Assembly (NCBI RefSeq): GCF_009914755.1
Contig: NC_060925.1
From: the human T2T-CHM13v2.0 reference genome, Homo sapiens
Direction: 5' to 3' (one strand)
Length of the DNA: 64,000 nt
The notes beneath the pieces were generated by a model. It saw only the letters and a program-made list of their open reading frames with translations. It ran no database searches and was not told where the DNA came from. A program made the translations under genes and the position numbers. Position 1 is the first letter of the stretch. Every line of letters begins with the position of its first letter. Below, piece after piece: positions 43,576 through 55,500 of the stretch.

Positions 43576-46500
43576 GAATGGAATCAACATCAAACGGAAA
43601 AAAACGGAATTATCGTATGGAATCGAAGAGAATCATCGAATGGACCCGAATGGAATCATCTAATGGTATGGAATGGAATAATCCATGGACTCGAATGCAA
43701 TCATCATCGAATGGAATCGAATGGAATCATCGAATGGACTCGAATGGAATAATCATTGAACGGAATCGAATGGAATCATCATCGGATGGAAATGAATGGA
43801 ATCATCATCGAATGGAATCGAATAGAATTATGGAATGAAATCCAGTGTCATCATCATCGAATGGACCCGAATGGAATCATCATCCAACGGAAGCTAATGG
43901 AATCAACATCGAATGAATCGAATGGAAACACCATCGAATTGAAACGAATGGAATTATCATGAAATTGAAATGGATGGACTCATCATCGAATGGATTCGAA
44001 TGGAATCATCGAATAAAATTGATTGAAATCATCAACAAATGGAATCGAATGGTATCATTGAATGGAATCGAATGGAATCATCATCAGATGGAAATGAATG
44101 GAATCGTCATAGAATGGAATCGAATGGATTCATTGAATGGAATCAGATGGAATCATCGAATGGACTGGAATGGAATCATTGAATGGACACGAAAGGATTC
44201 ATTATTGAATGGAATTGAATGGAATCATCGAATGGTCTCGATTGGAATCATTATCAAATGGAATCGAATGGAATCACCGAATAGAATCGAATGGAACAAT
44301 CATCGAATGGACTCAAATGGAATTATCCTCAAATGGAATCGAATGGAAATATCGAATGCAATCGAATGGAATTATCGAATGCAATCGAATAGAATCATCG
44401 AATGGACTCGAATGGAATCATCGAATGGAATGGAATGGAACAGTCAATGAACTCGAATGGAATCATCATTGAATGGAATCGAATGGAATCATCGAGTGGA
44501 ATCGAATGGAATTATGATCAAATGGAATCGAATGTAATCATCATCAAATGGAATCAAAAATAACCATCATCAATTGGTATTGAATGGAATTCTCATCAAA
44601 TGGAATTCAAAGGAATCATCATCAAATGGAACCGAATGGAATCCTCATTGAATGGAAATGAAAGGGGTCATCATCTAATGGAATCGCATGGAATCATCAT
44701 CAAATGGAATCGAATGGAATCATCATCAAATGGAATCTAATGGAATCATTGAACAGAATTGAATGGAATCGTCATCGAATGAATTGAATGCAATCATCGA
44801 ATGGTCTCGAATGGAACCATCTTCTAATGGAAAGGAATGGAATCATCGCATAGAATCGAATGGAACAATCATCGAATGGACTCAAATGGAATTATCCTCA
44901 AATGGAATGGAATGGAATTATCGAATGCAATCGAATGGAATTATAGAATGCAATCGAATAGAATCATCGAATGGACTCGAATGGAATAATCATTGAACGG
45001 AATCGAATGGAATCATCATCGGATGGAAACGAATGGAATCATCATCGAATGGAAATGAAAGGAGTCATCATCTAATGGAATCGCATGGAATCATGATAAA
45101 ATGGAATCGAATGGAATCAACATCAAATGGAATCAAATGGAATCATTGAACGGAATTGAATGGAATCGTCATCGAATAAATTGAATGCAATCATCGAATG
45201 GTCTCGAATGGAATCATCTTCAAATGGAATGGAATGGAATCATCGCATAGAATCGAATGGAATTATCATCGAATGGAATCGAATGGAATCAACATCAAAC
45301 GGAAAAAAACGGAATTATCGAATGGAATCGAAGAGAATCATCGAATGGACCCGAATGGAATCATCTAATGGAATGGAATGGAATAATCCATGGACTCGAA
45401 TGCAATCATCATCGAATGGAATCGAATGGAATCATCGAATGGACTCGAATGGAATAATCATGGAACGGAATCGAATGGAATCATCATCGGATGGAAATGA
45501 AAGGAGTCATCATCTAATGGAATTGCATGGAATCATCATAAAATGGAATCGAATGGAATCAACATCAAATGGAATCAAATGGAATCATTGAACGGAATTG
45601 AATGGAATCGTCATCGAATGAATTGAATGCAATCATCGAATGGTCTCGAATGGAATCATCTTCAAATGGAATGGAATGGAATCATTGCATAGAATCGAAT
45701 GGAATTGTCATCGAATGGAATCGAATGGAATCAACATCAAACGGAAAAAAACGGAATTATCGAATGGAATCGAAGAGAATCATCGAATGGACCCGAATGG
45801 AATCATCTAATGGAATGGAATGGAATAATCCATGGACTCGAATGCAATCATCATCGAATGGAATCGAATGGAATCATCGAATGGACTCGAATGGAATAAT
45901 CATTGAACGGAATCGAATAGAATCATCATCGGATGGAAATGAATGGAATCATCATCGAATGGAATCGAATAGAATTATGGAATGAAATCCAGTGTGATCA
46001 TCATCGAATGGACCCGAATGGAATCATCATCCAACGGATGCTAATGGAATCAACATCGAATGAATCAAATGGAAACACCATCGAATTGAAACGAATGGAA
46101 TTACCATGAAATTGAAATGGATGGACTCATCATCGAATGGATTCGAAAGGAATCATCGAATAAAATTGATTGAAATCATCATCGAATGGAATCGAATGGT
46201 ATCATTGAATGGAATCGAATGGAATCATCATCAGATGGAAATGAATGGAATCGTCATAGAATGGAATCGAATGGATTCATTGAATGGAATCAGATGGAAT
46301 CATCGAATGGACTGGAATGGAATCATTGAATGGACTCGAAAGGGATCATGATTGAATGGAATTGAATGGAATCATCGAATGGTCTCGATTGGAATCATTA
46401 TCAAATGGAATCGAACGGAATCACCGAACAGAATCGAATGGAACAATCATCGAATGGACTCAAATGGAATTATCCTCAAATGGAATCGAATGGAAATATC

Positions 46501-49500
46501 GAATGCATTCGAATGGAATTATTGAATGCAATCGAATAGAATCATCGAATGGACTCGAATGGAATCATCGAATGGAATGGAATGGAACAGTCAATGAACT
46601 CGAATGGAATCATCATTGAATGGAATCGAATGGAATCATCGAGTGGAATCGAATGGAATTATGATCAAATGGAATCGAATGTAATCCTCATCAAATGGAA
46701 TCAAAAATAACCATCATCAATTGGTATTCAATGGAATTGTCATCAAATGGAATTCAAAGGAATCATCATCAAATGGAACCGAATGGAATCCTCATTGAAT
46801 GGAAATGAAAGGGGTCATCATCTAATGGAATCGCATGGAATCATCATCAAATGGAATCGAATGGAATCATCATCAAATGGAATCTAATGGAATCATTGAA
46901 CAGAATTTAATGGAATCGTCATCGAATGAATTGAATGCAATCATCGAATGGTCTCGAATGGAACCATCTTCTAATGGAAAGGAATGGAATCATCGCATAG
47001 AATCGAATGGAATTGTCATCGAATGGAATCGAATGGTATCAACACCAAACGGAAAAAAACGGTATTATAGAATGGAATCGAAGAGAATCTTCGAACGGAC
47101 CCGAATGGAATCATCTAATGGAATGGAATGGAATAATCCATGGACTCGAATGCAATCATCATCGAATGGAATCGAATGGAATCATCGAATGGACTCGAAT
47201 GCAATAATCATTGAACGGAATCGAATGGAATCATCATCGGATGGAAACGAATGGAATCATCATCGAATGGGAATGAAAGGAGTCATCATCTAATGGAATT
47301 GCATGGAATCATCATAAAATGGAATCGAATGGAATCAACATCAAATGGAATCAAATGGAATCATTGAACGGAATTGAATGGAATCGTCATCGAATGAATT
47401 GAATGCAATCATCGAATGGTCTCGAATGGAATCATCTTCAAATGGAATGGAATGGAATCATCGCATAGAATCGAATGGAATTATCATCGAATGCAATCGA
47501 ATGGAATCAACACCAAACGGAAAAAAACGGAATTATCGAATGGAATCGAAGAGAATCATCGAATGGACCCGAATGGAATCATCTAATGGAATGGAATGGA
47601 ATAATCCAAGGACTCGAATGCAATCATCATCGAATGGAATCGAATGGAATCATCGAATGGACTCGAATGGAATAATCATTGAACGGAATCGAATGGAATC
47701 ATCATCGGATGGAAATGAATGGAATCGTCATCGAATGGAATCGAATAGAATTATGGAATGAAATCCAGTGTGATCATCATCGAATGGACCTGAATGGAAT
47801 CATCATCCAACGGAAGCTAATGGAATCATCATCGAATGAATCAAATGGAAACACCATCGAATTGAAACGAATGGAATTACCATGAAATTGAAATGGATGG
47901 ACTCATCATCAAATGTGTTCGAATGGAATCATCGAATAAAATTGATTGAAATCATCATCGAATGGAATCGAATGGTATCATTGAATGGAATCGAATGGAA
48001 TCCTCATTGAATGGAAATGAAAGGGGTCATCATCTAATGGAATCGCATGGAATCATCATCAAATGGAATCGAATGGAATCATCATCAAATGGAATCTAAT
48101 GGAATCATTGAAAGAATTGAATGGAATCATCATCGAATGAATTGAATGCAATCATCGAATGTTCCCGAATGGAATCATCTTCTAATGGAAAGGAATGGAA
48201 TCATCGCATAGAATCGAATGGAATTATCATCGAATGGAATCGAATGGTATCAACACCAAACGGAAAAAAACGGAATTATCGAATGGAATCGAAGAGAATC
48301 TTCGAACGGACCCGAATGGAATCATCTAATGGAATGGAATGGAATAATCCATGGACTCGAATGCAATCATCATCGAATGGAATCGAATGGAATCATCGAA
48401 TGGACTCGAATGGAATAATCATTGAACGGAATCGAATGGAATCATCATCGGATGGAAACGAATGGAATCATCATCGAATGGAAATGAAAGGAGTCATCAT
48501 CTAATGGAATTGCATGGAATCATCATCAAATGGAATCGAATGGAATCAACATCAAATGGAATCAAATGGAATCATTGAACGGAATTGAATGGAATCGTCA
48601 TCGAATGAATTGAATGCAATCATCGAATGGTCTCGAATGGAATCATCTTCAAATGGAATGGAATGGAATCATCGCATAGAATCGAATGGAATTATCATCG
48701 AATGGAATCGAATGGAATCAACATCAAACGGAAAAAAACGGAATTATCGAATGGAATCGAAGAGAATCATCGAATGGACCCGAATGGAATCATCTAATGG
48801 AATGGAATGGAATAATCGATGGACTCGAATGCAATCATCATTGAATGGAATCGAATGGAATCATCGAATGGACTCGAATGGAATAATCATTGAACGGAAT
48901 CGAATGGAATCATCATCGGATGGAAATGAATGGAATCATCATCGAATGGAATCGAATAGAATTATGGAATGAAATCCAGTGTGATCATCATCGAATGGAC
49001 CCGAATGGAATCATCATCCAACGGAAGCTAATGGAATCAATATCGAATGAATCAAATGGAAACACCATCGAATTTAAACGAATGGAATTACCATGAAATT
49101 GAAATGGATGGAGGACTCGAAAGGGATCATTATTGAATGGAATTGAATGGAATCATCGAATGGTCTCGATTGGAATCATTATCAAATGGAATCGAATGGA
49201 ATCACCGAATAGAATCGAATGGAACAATCATCGAATGGACTCAAATGGAATTATCCTCAAATGGAATTGAATGGAATTATCGAATGCAATCGAATGGAAT
49301 TATCGAATGCAATCGAATAGAATCATCGAATGGATTCGAATGGAATCATCGAATGGAATGGAATGGAACAGTCAATGAACTCGAATGGAATCATCATTGA
49401 ATGGAATCGAATGGAATCATCGAGTGGAATCGAATGTAATCATCATCAAATGGAATCAAAAATAACCATCATCAAATGGAATCAAAAATAACCATCATCA

Positions 49501-52500
49501 ATTTGTATTGAATGGAATTCTCATCAAATGGAATTCAAAGGAATCATCATCAAATGGAACCGAATGGAATCCTCATTGAATGGAAATGAAAGGGGTCATC
49601 ATCTAATGGAATCGCATGGAATCATCATAAAATGGAATCGAATGGAATCAACATCAAATGGAATCAAATGGAATCATTGAACGGAATTGAATGGAATCGT
49701 CATCGAATGAATTGAATGCAATCATCGAATGGTCTCGAATGGAATCATCTTCAAATGGAATGGAATGGAATCATCGCATAGAATCGAATGGAATTATCAT
49801 CGAATGGAATCGAATGGAATCAACACCAAACGGGAAAAAACGGAATTATCGAATGGAATCGAAGAGAATCATCGAATGGACCCGAATGGAATCATCTAAT
49901 GGAATGGAATGGAATAATCCATGGACTGGAATGCAATCATCATCGAATGGAATCGAATGGAATCATCGAATGGACTCGAATGGAATAATCATTGAACGGA
50001 ATCGAATGGAATCATCATCGGATGGAAACGAATGGAATCATCATCGAATGGAATCGAATAGAATTATGGAATGAAATCCAGTGTGATCATCATCGAATGG
50101 ACCCGAATGGAATCATCATCCAACGGAAGCTAATGGAATCAACATCGAATGAATCAAATGGAAACACCATCGAATTGAAACGAATGGAATTACCATGAAA
50201 TTGAAATGGATGGACTCATCATCAAATGGATTCGAATGGAATCATCGAATAAAATTGATTGAAATCATCATCGAATGGAATCGAATGGTATCATTGAATG
50301 GAATCGAATGGAATCATCATCAGATGGAAATGAATGGAATCATCATAGAATGGAATCGAATGGATTCATTGAATGGAATCAGATGGAATCATTGAATGGA
50401 CTGGAATGGAATCATTGAATGGACTCGAAAGGGATCATTATTGAATGGAATTGAATGGAATCATCGAATGGTCTCGATTGGAATCATTATCAAATGGAAT
50501 CGAATGGAATCACCGAATAGAATCGAATGGAACAATCATCGAATGGACTCAAATGGAATTATCCTCCAATGGAATCGAATGGAATTATCGAATGCAATCG
50601 AATGGAATTATCGAATGCAATCGAATAGAATCATCGAATGGACTCGAATGGAATCATCGAACGGAATGGAATGGAACAGTCAATGAACTCGAATGGAATC
50701 ATCATTGAATGGAATCGAATGGAATCATCGAGTGGAATCGAAAGGAATTATGACCAAATGGAATCGAATGTAATCATCATCAAATGGAATCAAAAATAAC
50801 CATCATCAATTGGTATTGAATGGAATTGTCATCAAATGGAATTCAAAGGAATCATCATCAAATGGAACCGAATGGAATCCTCATTGAATGGAAATGAAAG
50901 GGGTCATCATCTAATGGAATCGCATGGAATCATCATCAAATGGAATCGAATGGAATCATCATCAAATGGAATCTAATGGAATCATTGAAAAGAATTGAAT
51001 GGAATCGTCATCGAATGAATTGAAAGCAATCATCGAATGGTCTCGAATGGAATCATCTTCTAATGGAAAGGAATGGAATCATCGCATAGAATCGAATGGA
51101 ATTATCATTGAATGGAATCGAATGGTATCAACACCAAACGGAAAAAAACGGAATTATCGAATGGAATCGAAGAGAATCTTCGAACGGACCCGAATGGAAT
51201 CATCTAATGGAATGGAATGGAATAATCCATGGACTCGAATGCAATCATCATCGAATGGAATCGAATGGAATCATCGAATGGACTCGAATGGAATAATCAT
51301 TGAACGGAATCGAATGGAATCATCATCGGATGGAAACGAATGGAATCATCATCGAATGGAAATGAAAGGAGTCATCATCTAATGGAATTGCATGGAATCA
51401 CCATAAAATGGAATCGAATAGAATCAACATCAAATGGAATCAAATGGAATCATTGAACGGAATTGAATGGAATCGTCATCGAATGAATTGAATGCAATCA
51501 TCGAATGGTCTCGAATGGAATCATCTTCAAATGGAATGGAATGGAATCATCGCATAGAATCGAATGGTATTATCATCGAATGGAATCGAATGGAATCAAC
51601 ATCAAACGGAAAAAAACGGAATTATCGAATGGAATCGAAGAGAATCATCGAATGGACCCGAATGGAATCATCTAATGGAATGGAATGGAATAATCCATGG
51701 ACTCGAATGCAATCATCATCGAATGGAATCGAATGGAATCATCGAATGGACTCGAATGGAATAATCATTGAACGGAATCGAATGGAATCATCATCGGATG
51801 GAAATGAAAGGAGTCATCATCTAATGGAATTGCATGGAATCATCATAAAATGGAATCGAATGTAATCAACATCAAATGGACTGAAATGGAATCATTGAAC
51901 GGAGTTGAATGGAATCGTCATCGAATGAATTGAATGCAATCATCGAATGGTCTCGAATGGAATCATCTTCAAATGGAATGGAATGGAATTATCGCATAGA
52001 ATCGAATGGAATTATCATCGAATGGAATCGAAAGGAATCAACATCAAACGGAAACATACGGAATTATCGAATGGAATCGAAGAGAATCATCGAATGGACC
52101 CGAATGGAATCATCTAATGGAATGGAATGGAATAATCCATGGACTCGAATGCAATCATCATCGAATGGAATCGAATGGAATCATCGAATGGACTCGTATG
52201 GAATAATCATTGAACGGAATCGAATGGAATCGTCATCGGATGGAAATGAATGGAATCATCATCGAATGCAATCGAATAGAATTATGGAATGAAATCCAGC
52301 GTGATCATCATCGAATGGACCCGAATGGAATCATCATCCAACGGAAGATAATGGAATCAACATCGAATGAATCGAATGGAAACACCATCGAATTGAAACG
52401 AATGGAATTACAATGAAATTGAAATGGATGGACTCATCATCGAATGGATTCCAATGGAATCATCGAATAAAATTGATTGAAATCATCATCGAATGGTATC

Positions 52501-55500
52501 GAATGGTATCATTGAATGGAATCGAATGGAATCATCATCAGATGGAAATGAATGGAATCGTCATAGAATGGAATCGAATGGATTCATTGAATGGAATCAG
52601 ATGGAATCATCGAATGGACTGGAATGGAATCATTGAATGGACTCGAAAGGGATCATTATTGAATGGAATTGAATGGAATCATCGAATGGTCTCGATTGGA
52701 ATCATTATCAAATGGAATCGAATGGAATCACCGAATAGAATCGAATGGAACAATCATCGAATGGACTCAAATGGAATTATCCTCAAATGGAATCGAATGG
52801 AATTATCGAATGCAATCGAATGGAATTATCGAATGCAATCGAATAGAATCATCGAATGGACTCGAATGGAATCATCGAATGGAATGGAATGGAACAGTCA
52901 ATGAACTCGAATGGAATCATCATTGAATGGAATCGAATGGAATCATCGAGTGGAATCGAATGAAATTATGATCAAATGGAATCGAATGTAATCATCATCA
53001 AATGGAATCAAAAATAACCATCATCAATTGGTATTGAATGGAATTGTCATCAAATGGAATTCAAAGGAATCATCATCAAATGGAACCGAATGGAATCCTG
53101 ATTGAATGGAAATTAAAGGGGTCATCATCTAATGGAATCGCATGGAATCATCATCAAATGGAATCGAATGGAATCATCATCAAATGGAATCTAATGGAAT
53201 CATTGAACAGAATTGAATGGAATCGTCATCGAATGAATTGAATGCAATCATCGAATGGTCTCGAATGGAATCATCTTCTAATGGAAAGGAATGGAATCAT
53301 CGCATAGAATCGAATGGAATTATCATCGAATGGAATCGAATGGTATCAACACCAAACGGAAAAAAACGGAATTATCGAATGGAATCGAAGAGAATCTTCG
53401 AACGGACCCGAATGGAATCATCTAATGGAATGGAATGGAATAATCCATGGACTCGAATGCAATCATCATCGAATGGAATCGAATGGAATCATCGAATGGA
53501 CTCGAATGGAATAATCATTGAACGGAATCGAATGGAATCATCATCGGATGGAAACGAATGGAATCATCATCGAATGGAATCGAATAGAATTATGGAATGA
53601 AATCCAGTGTGATCATCATCGAATGGACCCGAATGGAATCATCATCCAACGGAAGCTAATGGAATCAACATCGAATGAATCAAATGGAAACACCATCGAA
53701 TTGAAACGAATGGAATTACCATGAAATTGAAATGGATGGACTCATCATCTAATGGATTCGAATGGAATCATCGAATAAAATTGATTGAAATCATCATCGA
53801 ATGGAATCGAATGGTATCATTGAATGGAATCGAATGGAATCATCATCAGATGGAAATGAATGGAATCGTCATAGAATGGAATCGAATGGATTCATTGAAT
53901 GGAATCAGATGGAATCATCGAATGGACTGGAATGGAATCATTGAATGGACTCGAAAGGGATCATTATTGAATGGAATTGAATGGAATCATCGAATGGTCT
54001 CGATTGGAATCATTATCAAATGGAATCGAATGGAATCACCGAATAGAATCGAATGGAACAATCATCGAATGGACTCGAATGGAATAATCATTGAACGGAA
54101 TCGAATGGAATCATCATCGGATGGAAACGAATGGAATCATCATCGAATGGAAATGAAAGGAGTCATCATCTAATGGAATTGCATGGAATCATCATAAAAT
54201 GGAATCGAATGGAATCAACATCAAATGGAATCAAATGGAATCATTGAACGGAATTGAATGGAATCGTCATCGAATGAATTGAATGCAATCATCGAATGGT
54301 CTCGAATGGAATCATCTTCAAATGGAATGGAATGGAATCATCGCATAGAATCGAATGGAATTATCATCGAATGGAATCGAATGGAATCAACATCAAACGG
54401 AAAAAAACGGAAGTATCGAATGGAATCGAAGAGAATCATCGAATGGACCCGAATGGAATCATCTAATGGAATGGAATGGAATAATCCATGGACTCGAATG
54501 CAATCATCATCGAACGGAATCGAATGGAATCATCGAATGGACTCGAATGGAATAATCATTGAACGGAATCGAATGGAATCATCATCGGATGGAAACGAAT
54601 GGAATCATCATCGAATGGAATCGAATAGAATTATGGAATGAAATCCAGTGTGATCATCATCGAATGGCCCCGAATGGAATCATCATCCAACGGAAGCTAA
54701 TGGAATCAACATCGAATGAATCAAATGGAAACACCATCGAATTGAAACGAATGGAATTACCATGAAATTGAAATGGATGGACTCATCATCTAATGGATTC
54801 GAATGGAATCATCGAATAAAATTGATTGAAATCATCATCGAATGGAATCGAATGGTATCATTGAATGGAATCGAATGGAATCATCATCAGATGGAAATGA
54901 ATGGAATCGTCATAGAATGGAATCGAATGGATTCATTGAATGGAATCAGATGGAATCATCGAATGGACTGGAATGGAATCATTGAATGGACTCGAAAGGG
55001 ATCATTATTGAATGGAATTGAATGGAATCATCGAATGGTCTCGATTGGAATCATTACTAAATGGAATCGAATGGAATCACCGAATAGAATCGAATGGAAC
55101 AATCATCGAATGGACTCAAATGGAATTATCCTCAAATGGAATCGAATGGAATTATCGAATGCAATCGAATGGAATTATCGAATGCAATCGAATAGAATCA
55201 TCGAAAGGACTCGAATGGAATCATCGAATGGAATGGAATGGAACAGTCAATGAACTCGAATGGAATCATCATTGAATGGAATCGAATGGAATCATCGAGT
55301 GGAATCGAATGGAATTATGATCAAATGGAATCGAATGTAATCATCATCAAATGGAATCAAAAATAACCATCATCAATTGGTATTGAATGGAATTGTCATC
55401 AAATGGAATTCAAAGGAATCATCATCAAATGGAACCGAATGGAATCCTGATTGAATGGAAATGAAAGGGGTCATCATCTGATGGAATCGCATGGAATCAT

